NCBI GenBank assembly: GCA_019312665.1
Contig: JAFDCZ010000012.1
Span: 6,615-70,614, forward strand
Direction: 5' to 3'
Source of the DNA: Deltaproteobacteria bacterium
GTDB taxonomy: Bacteria > Myxococcota_A > UBA9160 > UBA6930
Length of the DNA stretch: 64,000 nucleotides
The stretch's first letter is position 1. The number at the start of each line of letters is the position of its first letter. Below the pieces are notes generated by a model that saw nothing but the letters and a program-made list of their open reading frames with translations, made no database searches and was not told the DNA's origin. Below are positions 46,478-55,789 of the stretch, piece by piece. The position numbers and the translations under genes were made by a program.

Positions 46478-47206
46478 ATGAACGAATCCACCTCCAACCG
46501 TCACCCGTTGCTCCGCCGCCTGCTCGGGTTGGCGGCCCTGGCCCTGTTACTCGGTATCCCGTTTGCGCTACGCCGAGCGGCGGGCATCGAGCTCAATGTG
46601 GATTCGATACGCGAGTTCGTCAGCAGCCTGGGCGTCTGGGGCCCTCTGGTGATGGTCCTGATCGTGACCTTCCGCACCCCTCTCCTGCTGACCTCCCAGA
46701 TCGTGCTCACCGTGGCGGGTGTCTGCTTCGGCGCCCTGGAGGGCGCCTTGTACGGCGCGCTAGGCAGCTTCCTCTCTGGCTTCGGAGTCTTCGTCGCCGT
46801 GCGTTGGCTCGGTGCAGACGCCATTGCCGCGCGCGTCCCACCCAACCTGCAGCGCACCCTCCAAGTCGCCGGAAGTCGCGGTACCGCCGCCCTGATGGCC
46901 ATTGGAACCGCGGTTCCGGTCGGCCCGACGACCCTCTACCACGCTGCTGCCGGCCTCACGAAAATGGGGACTCCGACCTTCATCGTCGCCCTGGTGATCG
47001 GAGTCATCCCCCGCTCGCTCCTCTACGCTGCGTTCGGCAGCAGCCTGCTCGAAGGCAGGTACGGCAATGCCGCCTGGCTCGGAGTCGTCATCCTGCTCCC
47101 CTTCCTCGCCCTCATCCACCCGGGCGCGAGGGCCTGGTTCCGCTACCAGTTCGCCCCCGCCCTCCCCTCGGAGAAGTCGGCGAGTGGGGACGTTTCAGAG
47201 GGTTAG
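46478..47206 (+). CDS. TVP38/TMEM64 (DedA-related) family membrane protein
   Basis: The product is a multi-pass membrane protein with an AGVCFGALEGALYGALGSFLSG region typical of SNARE-associated/DedA-like proteins. Confidence 0.7.
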   Translation: MNESTSNRHPLLRRLLGLAALALLLGIPFALRRAAGIELNVDSIREFVSSLGVWGPLVMVLIVTFRTPLLLTSQIVLTVAGVCFGALEGALYGALGSFLSGFGVFVAVRWLGADAIAARVPPNLQRTLQVAGSRGTAALMAIGTAVPVGPTTLYHAAAGLTKMGTPTFIVALVIGVIPRSLLYAAFGSSLLEGRYGNAAWLGVVILLPFLALIHPGARAWFRYQFAPALPSEKSASGDVSEG

Positions 47207-49470
47207 TCCCGCAAGACGTTGAGGGCGGAGCCGGCCTTGAACCAGCCGATCTGGTCATCGTTCAGCGAATGCGCGACCGGGAACGTGTGCGTGCTGCCAT
47301 CGGGTTGATGCAGGATCGCCTGGAGCGGGCGGTCCTCGGCCAACTCCGTGAGCCCGGTGATGCTGATGCGGGTCTGCTCCCCAACCTTCTCATAATCCGC
47401 CGGATCGACGAAAGTGAGTGCCAGGACGCCCTGCTTCTTCAGGTTGGTTTCGGCAATTCGAGCGAAGCTTCGCGCGATGACGGCGGCGCAACCCAGATGG
47501 CGCGGTTCCATCGCCGCGTGCTCGCGGCTCGAACCCTCTCCGTAGTTCTCATCACCGACGACGACCCAGTGAAGGCCTTCGGCTTTGTAATGGCGGGCGA
47601 TCTTGGGGAACGAAATACCGGTTTCGTCCGAGAGCTGGTCGAGGCCTTCTCCGGCTTTGCCCGTGAACGCGTTGATCGCGCCGATGTACATGTTGTCACT
47701 GATCCGATCCAGATGGCCCCGGAAGCGCAGCCAGGGACCCGCCATCGAAATATGATCCGTCGTGCACTTGCCCTTGGCCTTCAGCAGAAGCGGCAGCTGC
47801 TCGAAATCCTGGCCGTTCCAGGGAGTAAAGGGTTCGAGGAAGGCCAGCCTCTCGGACTCTGGACTGATCTCCACCTGGACGTCGCCCGGATCATCCGGCG
47901 GCGCCAGATAGCCTTCGTGACTGGTGACGAAGCCTTGCTCCGGCACGTCCGGCGCAGGCGCCGGCGGGTCGAGTTTGAAACGGCTCCCATCGGCGGCCTC
48001 GATCTCATCCGTCAAGGGATTGAACGCGAGAGTGCCGGCCAACGCGTAGGCGACACAGATTTCCGGGCTGCTGATGAACGCCAGCGTTTCCGGGTTGCCG
48101 TCGTTGCGCTTCGGGAAGTTGCGGTTGAACGAGGTCAGGATCGAATTCGGTACACCTTTCTCGATATCGTCCCGGCGCCACTGGCCGATGCACGGGCCGC
48201 AAGCATTGGCCAGGACGATCGCACCCACTTCTTCCAGGGCATCGAGCTGGCCGTCTCGGCGGATCGTCTTGTGCACCTGTTCCGAGCCTGGCGTGCACCA
48301 GAGCCTGGTCTTCGCCTTGACGCCCCGCGCACTCGCCTGCCGCGCCACGTCGGCGGCTCGCGACAAATCCTCGTACGAAGAGTTCGTGCAGCTCCCGATC
48401 AAGCAGGACGTGAGGGTGGCCGGGTAGCCATTCTCCTTCACATCCGATTCCATTTTCGAAACCGGCCGCGCCAGATCGGGCGTATGAGGGCCGACGATAT
48501 GCGGCTCGAGAGTCGAGAGATCGATCTCGATGATTTCATCGAAGAAGCCATCCGGCTCGTTCGCGACCTCCGGATCCGGCCCGAGCAGATCCGCGAACTC
48601 GTTGGCGAGATCCGCCAGCGCCTCTCGTTCGGTGCTCTTCAAATAGAGTTCCATCCGCTCGTCGTACGGGAAGATCGATGTGGTCGCTCCGAGTTCGGCG
48701 CCCATGTTCGTGATCGTCGCCTTGCCCGTGCAGGAGAGCGAACGGGTGCCGGGGCCGAAGTATTCGACCACCCGATTCGTTCCACCCTTCACCGTGAGCA
48801 GTTCGCAAACCTTCAGGATCACGTCCTTCGGCGCCGACCAGCCACTGAGTTCACCCGTCAGGCGAACCCCTACCAACTTCGGATACAACACCTCCCACGG
48901 AAAGCCGGCCATCACGTCCACCGCGTCGGCACCACCAACACCGCAGGCGAACATGCCGAGGCCTCCGGCATTCGGCGTATGGGAATCCGTGCCGATCATC
49001 ATGCCACCGGGATAGGCGTATTTTTCGAGCACGACCTGGTGGATGATTCCGGCGCCGGGGCCCCAGAAGCCGATGCCGTAACGCGCCGAAGCCGAACGCA
49101 GGAAGTCGTAGACCTCCCGATTCGTCACTCGGGCGGTTTCCATGTCCTCGTCCGCGCCTTCGTAGGCCTGGATCAGGTGGTCACAATGCACACTGCTGGG
49201 CACGGCAGTTTCGTCGCGGCCCGAAGAGATGAACTGGAGCAGAGCCATTTGCGCGGTGGCGTCCTGCATGGCGACCCGATCCGGGCGCAAAGCGAGGTAG
49301 CTATCGCCCGGCGTGAGTTCCTGGTCCTCGGGATCGTCGAGGTGACCGAGCAGGATCTTCTCGGCGTAGGTGAGCGGCCGACCCAAGCGGCGCCGCACGA
49401 TCTCCAGATTCTGCCGGACCTTCTCGTAGGTTCCTCGCACGAGTTCGGGTGTGGTCTCGATCCTGGGCAT
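47203..49470 (-). CDS. Aconitate hydratase (about 755 aa, mitochondrial-type)
   Basis: The product has DRVAMQDATAQMA, IGTDSHTPNAGG and NACGPCIGQW (Fe-S Cys ligands), plus a swivel domain with VVGDENYGEGSSREHAA. Confidence 0.92.
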   Translation of the reverse strand: MPRIETTPELVRGTYEKVRQNLEIVRRRLGRPLTYAEKILLGHLDDPEDQELTPGDSYLALRPDRVAMQDATAQMALLQFISSGRDETAVPSSVHCDHLIQAYEGADEDMETARVTNREVYDFLRSASARYGIGFWGPGAGIIHQVVLEKYAYPGGMMIGTDSHTPNAGGLGMFACGVGGADAVDVMAGFPWEVLYPKLVGVRLTGELSGWSAPKDVILKVCELLTVKGGTNRVVEYFGPGTRSLSCTGKATITNMGAELGATTSIFPYDERMELYLKSTEREALADLANEFADLLGPDPEVANEPDGFFDEIIEIDLSTLEPHIVGPHTPDLARPVSKMESDVKENGYPATLTSCLIGSCTNSSYEDLSRAADVARQASARGVKAKTRLWCTPGSEQVHKTIRRDGQLDALEEVGAIVLANACGPCIGQWRRDDIEKGVPNSILTSFNRNFPKRNDGNPETLAFISSPEICVAYALAGTLAFNPLTDEIEAADGSRFKLDPPAPAPDVPEQGFVTSHEGYLAPPDDPGDVQVEISPESERLAFLEPFTPWNGQDFEQLPLLLKAKGKCTTDHISMAGPWLRFRGHLDRISDNMYIGAINAFTGKAGEGLDQLSDETGISFPKIARHYKAEGLHWVVVGDENYGEGSSREHAAMEPRHLGCAAVIARSFARIAETNLKKQGVLALTFVDPADYEKVGEQTRISITGLTELAEDRPLQAILHQPDGSTHTFPVAHSLNDDQIGWFKAGSALNVLRD

Positions 49471-49535
49471 GAGAACCTCCTCCGGTAGGGCGGGAGCCGA
49501 ACTTTAGCAACTCGGCTGGGGTAGCATGCGCGTTC

Positions 49536-50399
49536 ATGGAGCCCCGTTCGTTCTTCGTCCCCGGTGGCGACGGCCACCAGATCCACGTTCTGGAATGGAG
49601 CACCGAAGGCGTCCCCCTGATTTTCGTCCATGGTTTTGGGAACACGGCCCGCATCTGGGACGACGCGGCAGCCGTCGTGGCGCCGCACTACCGGACGATC
49701 GCCATGGATCAACGTGGCCATGGCGATTCGGACCACGACCCCGAGCACCGCTACGCCTACGACGATCTGGCAAGGGATCTCGAGGCCGTCGTCGAAACCC
49801 TGCAGATCGAGCGCTTCGTTCTGGTGGGCCACTCCCTGGGAGGCCGCACCGCGATGACGTTTGCGGAAGGAAACGCCGAACGCCTCGCCGGGCTCGTGAT
49901 CGTCGATACCGGCCCGGAACACGATCCACGCGGGAGCTCTCGCATTCGCAACGAAGTCGAGCAGCGCGGCGACGGGACGGTGGCATCGCTGAAGGAGTAC
50001 GAGGGCATCCTCGCACATAACTACCCTGCTTCATCCCCCGAGGTGATCCGCCGGATGGCCGCTGCGGAGCTCCGCGAGCGAGATGACGGCCGCTGGGAGC
50101 GCAAGCTCGACCCGACCTTTTTTCCCGGCCGTGCGGACATGGACGAAGCCGCCATGGAGGCCCATGAGCGGGAAACATCGAAACGCCTGTGGGCGGTTCT
50201 GGAAAAAATCCCCTGCCCGACCCTCGTGATCCGTGGTGCCGCGTCGGACATCCTGGGACCCGACGTCGCCGACCGGATGGTGGAAGAAGCCCTTCCCAAC
50301 GGAACACTCGCCGTCGTCGGTCAGGCCAGCCACTCCGTCATGACCGACAACCCGGAAGGCTTCAACGCCGCACTGGCCGCCTTCGCCCTCGGAAGCTGA
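49536..50399 (+). CDS. Alpha/beta-fold hydrolase
   Basis: The product has HGFGNTARIWD, GHSLGG and a C-terminal GQASHSV. Confidence 0.8.
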   Translation: MEPRSFFVPGGDGHQIHVLEWSTEGVPLIFVHGFGNTARIWDDAAAVVAPHYRTIAMDQRGHGDSDHDPEHRYAYDDLARDLEAVVETLQIERFVLVGHSLGGRTAMTFAEGNAERLAGLVIVDTGPEHDPRGSSRIRNEVEQRGDGTVASLKEYEGILAHNYPASSPEVIRRMAAAELRERDDGRWERKLDPTFFPGRADMDEAAMEAHERETSKRLWAVLEKIPCPTLVIRGAASDILGPDVADRMVEEALPNGTLAVVGQASHSVMTDNPEGFNAALAAFALGS

Positions 50400-50486
50400 A
50401 AATCAACGAGCGGGGACGGGGTTTACAATTGACTTGTTGCTCCGCAACAAGTCAATTGTAAACCCCGTCCCCGCTCGTTGATTTTC
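50398..50486. repeat. Perfect 89-bp palindrome (43-bp arms, 3-nt centre TCC); possible oversized bidirectional terminator
   Basis: The left arm 50398-50440 is the exact reverse complement of the right arm 50444-50486. The arm ends are A4/T4 runs. The palindrome overlaps the hydrolase stop codon and the last 11 codons plus stop of the MMPL gene. Confidence 0.8.
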
Positions 50487-53076
50487 TCGAGACGAGGGTC
50501 AGCAGGGCGGGCAGGAAGATCAAGTTGCAGGCGAGAGTGATCGTGACACCCAGCGTGAGGAGTTGACCCAGGCTCGCGAGCCCGCGGTGATTCGCCAGGC
50601 TGAGCGAGCCGAAGCTCGCGATCGTGGTCAACGCGCTCCAGAAGACGGCGCGCGACGTGCTCGTGCCGAGGATGCCGTCCGTCGGCAAGCCGGCGCGGAA
50701 ACGGTGGACCAGATGGATGCCGCTGTCGACGCCGATCCCGAGAAGGAGAGGAACGACGATGACGTTGGCGAAGTTGATGGGAAGCTGAACGAGCACGCAG
50801 ACGGCACCCGTCAGGAGTGCCGCCAAGGCAAGCGGCGCCAGCGCAAGGAGCGCGTCGCGGGGGCTGCGCCACAACACCAGGAGCATCACGGTCACTGCGA
50901 TGGCCGCTGTGGTCAGGGCCTGGCGAAGCGCCCGCTTGATCGCTTCTGCGGCCTCGACCATGAAGACCGAAGAACCGGTCGCGCCGGGCACGACGCCGCG
51001 AACCTGCCCCACGAATTCTGCGACCGCCGCATCCTCGTTGAGGTTCTTCTCCGGGTAGACCTCGACGACGGCGCGTCCGTCCGCCGAGATCATGCGTCGG
51101 TGCAACACGGGTGGAAGATCGGCGCGCTCGACCCCTTGGCTGCCCAAAGCCAGCTCGAGACGTAGGATCCGATCGAGGAGCGATTGCACGAGACTTTCGT
51201 GCAGAATCCCGACGGCACCTCCGTCCAGATCCGTCACGAAGCGATCGATCGCTGCGCCAAGCTCCGCGGCCACCCGTTGGCGTGTGCTCGCTTCGCCTCG
51301 TTCGAGAACGGCAAGCGCTTCGCGAAGCCCTCGAAGCGCTGCTTCATTCGCTGCAAGATCTGGCGGCGATTCGGGATCGAGCTCACTGAAGCCCAGAAAG
51401 AGTTCGATGTCGGCCAGGAGTCCGAGCTTCTCTTCCTGCTGGGAAGGCACGTAGCTCGAGAGCGTGCTGGTACGTTCCACACTCGGCAGTGCCTCCAGCT
51501 GCAAGGCGAGTGCATCCGCCGCCGCCAGGTCGGCAGCGAGCACTTCGATACTCCACGGGTGGATGTCGCCACCGTCGAGGAGCTCGAAGAACGTCTTGAC
51601 CGAGGTCGCATTGGGATCGCGCACCCGCAGTGAGTTCGCATCGAAGTGCAGCCGCGGGACCAACGTCATCGCCCCCGCGGCGAGAAGGAAGGCCACCCCA
51701 ACCACCACACGCGGAAAGCGCGTGGGCCAGGCCGGCAAGCGAAGCGATTGCAACCCGGTGCCAGGCAAGCGCGGACCACGACCCAGGCCAAGCCATGCCG
51801 GGAGTACGACGAAAGTGCAGACCAGGCTCAGGAGCATCCCCGTACCAGAAATGATGCCCAGCTCGGCCACACCCAGAAAATCCGTCGGCACGAAGGAGTA
51901 GAAGCCTACGGCGGTCGTGATTGCGCACAACACGATCGAGCTGCCGACCCCCGCCGCCGCCTCGGAAAGCGCCGATCGATGATCTTGATCGCCCTCGCGA
52001 AGCTCCCGGTAGCGCAGCGTCAGGTGGATTCCGAAATCGACACCCAGGCCGATGAACAGCACGGCGAAAGAAACGGAAATGATGTTCAGGTGCCCGATCG
52101 AAACGGCCGCGAAGCCCGCTGTCCACACCAGCCCCACCAACAGGCTGAGCAGCGTGGCCACGATCAGTCGATTCGAGCGTTGCGCCCGCCACAAGATCAA
52201 TCCCACGAGCAGGAAGGATGCGGCCCCTGCGCCTGCTGCCTGGGCTTTCACCAATCCCATCTCTTCTGTCTTGAGTGCGAGATCACCCGTCATCCGGGCA
52301 CGAACTGCCGCCTCTCCGTCCCAACCCCGCTCGGCCAGAATCTCCTGCAGACGACCGACACTGGCCCGGCCAGGCACGAAGTCCGAGTAGTCGGGCTTCG
52401 GATCCACGATGACGAACCGACGCACGGGGCCCTCGTCGTCGTCGCCAAGTACCAGCTCGCCGAACGCCCGCGGGCGGGCTTCGCGGCGTTCTGCATCGAC
52501 GATGGCAGCCGTGATACCCGACAGCACGCGATCGAAATCGAACCCGCCTCGATCGAACACGCCCTCATCGATGGCGCGGGTCAACTGGCGAAACAAGCCT
52601 CGCAGGCTGGGATCCCGCCACAGATCGGCCAGGAATGGCTGGGCGGCGGCCAGATCATCCGCCATGGCTTCGAGATCCTCGAGCTCGAGATAGAGCAGCC
52701 CGTTGCGCTCGAAGAACGGGCCAGCACCAGGCGCGAAAGCCGAAGAGAATCGGTCCGGCTCGGCCTCGAGTTGCTCGACGAGCGAAGCAGCCGCGTCTCC
52801 GGCAGCCAGGGCCGTGGGCGCGTCGATCACCACCAGGAGATTGTCATCGCGCGCCGGGAGCGCCGCATCGAGTTGCGCGCGATCCTGACGGAACGAGAGA
52901 TGGGCATCGAATAGGTCGTCGGTCTCCGAGTTCACGCCCAGGTGGCTCGCCGCAATGCCCCCGGCCAGAACCGTCAACAGCAGGACGAACGCGAGAGCTG
53001 CGCGAGCGTGATCGCCCACCCATGCGACCCAGCGCGCCAAGCCGCTTCCCAGAACACTCTCTTCCGAAATCGCCAC
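50452..53076 (-). CDS. MMPL/RND-superfamily exporter (HpnN-like size and topology)
   Basis: The 874-aa product has two 6-TM bundles, each followed or preceded by a large soluble loop. GxDxxIH-type motifs are present in both halves (GVDFGIHL, GVDSGIHL). Confidence 0.85.
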   Translation of the reverse strand: MAISEESVLGSGLARWVAWVGDHARAALAFVLLLTVLAGGIAASHLGVNSETDDLFDAHLSFRQDRAQLDAALPARDDNLLVVIDAPTALAAGDAAASLVEQLEAEPDRFSSAFAPGAGPFFERNGLLYLELEDLEAMADDLAAAQPFLADLWRDPSLRGLFRQLTRAIDEGVFDRGGFDFDRVLSGITAAIVDAERREARPRAFGELVLGDDDEGPVRRFVIVDPKPDYSDFVPGRASVGRLQEILAERGWDGEAAVRARMTGDLALKTEEMGLVKAQAAGAGAASFLLVGLILWRAQRSNRLIVATLLSLLVGLVWTAGFAAVSIGHLNIISVSFAVLFIGLGVDFGIHLTLRYRELREGDQDHRSALSEAAAGVGSSIVLCAITTAVGFYSFVPTDFLGVAELGIISGTGMLLSLVCTFVVLPAWLGLGRGPRLPGTGLQSLRLPAWPTRFPRVVVGVAFLLAAGAMTLVPRLHFDANSLRVRDPNATSVKTFFELLDGGDIHPWSIEVLAADLAAADALALQLEALPSVERTSTLSSYVPSQQEEKLGLLADIELFLGFSELDPESPPDLAANEAALRGLREALAVLERGEASTRQRVAAELGAAIDRFVTDLDGGAVGILHESLVQSLLDRILRLELALGSQGVERADLPPVLHRRMISADGRAVVEVYPEKNLNEDAAVAEFVGQVRGVVPGATGSSVFMVEAAEAIKRALRQALTTAAIAVTVMLLVLWRSPRDALLALAPLALAALLTGAVCVLVQLPINFANVIVVPLLLGIGVDSGIHLVHRFRAGLPTDGILGTSTSRAVFWSALTTIASFGSLSLANHRGLASLGQLLTLGVTITLACNLIFLPALLTLVSRKSTSGDGVYN

Positions 53077-53162
53077 GAGAAACGCCTAGCAGACTCGAGG
53101 TCGCCCGTCCGATGGGCAAGGGGGCGGGGCCAAGCGGGGCCAGACCGCTACCCTCCGCGCCC

Positions 53163-53795
53163 ATGTGGCGCGCGCTCATTCTCGCTTTCACCTGCCTCGC
53201 TTCTACCTCGGCTCTTTCGGAAGAATCCATCGACCTCGCGACGACTCGCGCGCCGATCGAGGCGTTCTACGAGGTGCTGATGGAGTGCATGAAGAACGCC
53301 GAGAGCCTCGGGCTCGAAGGGCGGAAGAAGACTCTCGAGCCAGCCATCGAACAAACCTACGATCTACCCCTGATGTCGGCCAAGGTCCTCGGGCGCCACT
53401 GGCGCGGCTTGACGGATGAGGACAAGAACCGTTGGCTCGCAACCTTCCGGCGGATCACGATCGCCACCTACGCCGAGAGGTTCGACGGCTGGGACGGTGA
53501 GAAACTACTCGTCCTGGATGCGGAGCTCGGCGCGCGCGGAACCCGGGTGGTCCACACGCGGATCGAACCCTCAGACGGCGACCCGGTCGATGTCCACTAC
53601 CGGATGAAAGAGCGCGAAGGGCGCTGGCGGGTCATGGATGTGTTCCTGAACGGCACGGTCAGCGAGCTCGCATTGCGACGCTCCGAGTACGGTGGCGTGA
53701 TCAAGACCGACGGCCTCGACGCGTTGATCGAACGCCTGGAAGCGAAGATCGAAGCCGGCGAGGCCAGCAACGAATTCACTTCCGACGCAAGCTGA
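53163..53795 (+). CDS. MlaC/Ttg2D-family lipid-binding periplasmic protein
   Basis: The product has a signal peptide MWRALILAFTCLASTSALS. The pattern D...MSAKVLGRHW..L....K..W...F........YAERF is typical of the Tol-tolerance/MlaC family. Confidence 0.7.
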   Translation: MWRALILAFTCLASTSALSEESIDLATTRAPIEAFYEVLMECMKNAESLGLEGRKKTLEPAIEQTYDLPLMSAKVLGRHWRGLTDEDKNRWLATFRRITIATYAERFDGWDGEKLLVLDAELGARGTRVVHTRIEPSDGDPVDVHYRMKEREGRWRVMDVFLNGTVSELALRRSEYGGVIKTDGLDALIERLEAKIEAGEASNEFTSDAS

Positions 53796-53796
53796 C

Positions 53797-54606
53797 CTAC
53801 CGGCCGACGGCGGCCTCGATCACGTCTTCCCCCTCACAAGATCGCCATGCCAGCCCGCACACCCGTTTCTCCACCCGGGCATCACGGTCGAGCAGATAGG
53901 CACCGCGCAACGCGGCATAGTAGTCGACAGAGGTTTCGCGCAAGGCCTCCAGACGGTCTTTCTGGATGTCGTAGGTTGCCATGCCGCTTCCGGTCGAAAC
54001 CAACACCACCGATCCCAACCCGAGCAGCCAGATATCCGGTCGCATGACGAGATCGACCGCCTGCCCGAACGCGCCGCGGATCGTCGAAGGCCCCAGGATC
54101 GGAACCACGAAATAGGGACCACTCGGCGCATGGTAGGCAGCCAGGGTCTCGCCGAAATCCGTCTTGTGGCCGGCCAGGCCCAGGGATTTCGCAGGGTCGA
54201 AGAACCCGGCGACTCCGACGGTCGTGTTGATCAGGAAACGCGCACCCGTCTCACTCGCATCCAAGGGCGCGAATTGGAAGAGATCGTTCGCCAGGATCGC
54301 TGGCTCGCCCAGGTTCGAGAAGAAACGCACGACACTGCGTCGGACCGGCCCCGGCATCACGAAGCGATAAGCCCGATGCAGCGGGTCCACGATCCAGACG
54401 AGAATCCCCTCGTTCATGCCATGGGTGTTGCGGTTCATGCATTCCAGAGGATCGCGATCGGCGGGATCCGGCTGTAGCCAATCGTCTTCCAGCAACAGCT
54501 CGTCGAGCTCGTCCCAATCAGGCACGCTCGCGGGGGCACGAGATTCGTCGGCGAAACTCCCGGTCGCGAAGAAAACGAGTGTTGCGATGAGCAACACGCA
54601 CCTCAT
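53797..54606 (-). CDS. mlaA: MlaA/VacJ family lipoprotein
   Basis: The product has NRNTHGMNE, NDLFQ, RFLINTTVG(V)AGFFD and DFGETLA motifs. Confidence 0.85.
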   Translation of the reverse strand: MRCVLLIATLVFFATGSFADESRAPASVPDWDELDELLLEDDWLQPDPADRDPLECMNRNTHGMNEGILVWIVDPLHRAYRFVMPGPVRRSVVRFFSNLGEPAILANDLFQFAPLDASETGARFLINTTVGVAGFFDPAKSLGLAGHKTDFGETLAAYHAPSGPYFVVPILGPSTIRGAFGQAVDLVMRPDIWLLGLGSVVLVSTGSGMATYDIQKDRLEALRETSVDYYAALRGAYLLDRDARVEKRVCGLAWRSCEGEDVIEAAVGR

Positions 54607-55520
54607 GCGTCCGCATCCTCCAGGGCTTCGCGCCCGGCGAGGTCATTCACGAACTGGCGTGCGGTGCGGCCGGAACGAGAGGAGCGATCGAGCGCCCAAC
54701 GAAGCGCATCGTTGCGCAATTGTTCAGGATCGACGCGGATTCCGGCCGCCATCGCGTGATGCTCGACGATGCGAAGGTAGGTCTTCTGATCGAAGCCGAA
54801 GAAGCCCAGCATCAAGCCAAAGCGATCAGAGAGTGCGAGCTTCTCATCGATGGTTTCGCCCAGGTGGAGATCGCCATCCTCGTCGAGACGTACTTCTTGA
54901 TTCTCGGAGCGACGCTCGGGAAGGAGATGCCGCCGATTGCTGGTTGCAACCAGACAGACGTTCCGCGGCGGCGCATCGAGGCTTCCTTCCAAGGCCGCCT
55001 TCAGCTCGCGGTAGCCAGCGTCTCCTTCAGCGAAGGAGAGATCGTCGCAGAAGACCAGAAAGAACTGGGGCCGACCCCGCAGAAGGGTGAGGACATCGGG
55101 AAGATGGGCAAGGTCGGCCTTGCGCACCTCCACGACCCGCAGGCCCTCGGAACCGAAACGGGTCAACAAACCCCTGACAGCAGACGACTTCCCGGTTCCC
55201 CGCTCGCCGTAGAGCAGCACGTGATTGAAAGGATGGCCCGCCAGGAATTGCTTCGTGTTGCGCACCAGCCGCGCAACGGCACGCTCCACACCGAGAAGAC
55301 CCTCGAGTGCAAAGGCCTCCGGGTCGGGAACGGGAATCAGCTGGCCACGGCCACGCACGCGCTCGAAGCGGAAGGCGCGGCCTGCGGCCACCGCCTCCGG
55401 ATCCGCCGACACCCCGAGCTCCCCCCGCAACCATCGCTCGGCCAGCTCGAGCACCTGCTCCAAACGAGCGCGCAGACCTCCCGAACGGGAGGTGGACGAA
55501 TTGGAGGCAGGAGGGCTCAC
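54603..55520 (-). CDS. DUF815-type AAA ATPase
   Basis: A Walker A motif (LLYGERGTGKSS) is followed by FCDDLSF (Walker B-like). The GTG 55520 start is inferred. The stop overlaps the mlaA start by 4 nt. Confidence 0.7.
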   Translation of the reverse strand: MSPPASNSSTSRSGGLRARLEQVLELAERWLRGELGVSADPEAVAAGRAFRFERVRGRGQLIPVPDPEAFALEGLLGVERAVARLVRNTKQFLAGHPFNHVLLYGERGTGKSSAVRGLLTRFGSEGLRVVEVRKADLAHLPDVLTLLRGRPQFFLVFCDDLSFAEGDAGYRELKAALEGSLDAPPRNVCLVATSNRRHLLPERRSENQEVRLDEDGDLHLGETIDEKLALSDRFGLMLGFFGFDQKTYLRIVEHHAMAAGIRVDPEQLRNDALRWALDRSSRSGRTARQFVNDLAGREALEDADA

Positions 55521-55567
55521 GGGCCCGGAGTGTAGACTGCCACGATGCTCCAGCCTACCCGGCCCCG

Positions 55568-55756
55568 ATGAGTGCGAATCCTCTCCCTCCGGAAGCGGGA
55601 TTGTGCACCACCTGCCGTCACCTGCGGCTGACAGCCAACTCTCGAGGTAGCCGCTTCGCACGCTGCGGCCGGGCGGACGACGACCCTGCACGTTGGCCCC
55701 GGTATCCGCAGCTACCCGTCCAGACCTGCGAAGGATTCGAGGAGTCGGAGCGCTAG
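55568..55756 (+). CDS. Small conserved Cys-containing protein (62 aa)
   Basis: The pattern is C-x-x-C...F..C...D....(W/K)YP.LPV..C.GF, and I recall seeing it as a conserved hypothetical. The gene is divergent from the DUF815 gene. Confidence 0.4.
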   Translation: MSANPLPPEAGLCTTCRHLRLTANSRGSRFARCGRADDDPARWPRYPQLPVQTCEGFEESER

Positions 55757-55789
55757 CCTTTGAGGGAGTTTCATTGCAAGGAGATCCCA

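Noticed and set aside
46066-49488. A very long (1140 aa) plus-strand ORF spans the lipid kinase, TVP38 and aconitase region.
   Set aside because: Its translation is Arg/Pro/Gly/Ala-rich low-complexity sequence with no recognisable motifs. It runs antisense to an unmistakable aconitase and across a real plus-strand membrane gene in another frame. It is a typical stop-poor antisense artefact of GC-rich DNA.
50398-50486. I considered the palindrome as an integron attC site, a CRISPR repeat or a protelomerase/hairpin-telomere target.
   Set aside because: attC sites are imperfect, with extrahelical bases and GTTRRRY ends, whereas here the end is GTTGATT and pairing is perfect. It is a single copy, so it is not an array. 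Telomere-resolution sites are true dyads, whereas this one has an asymmetric 3-nt centre.
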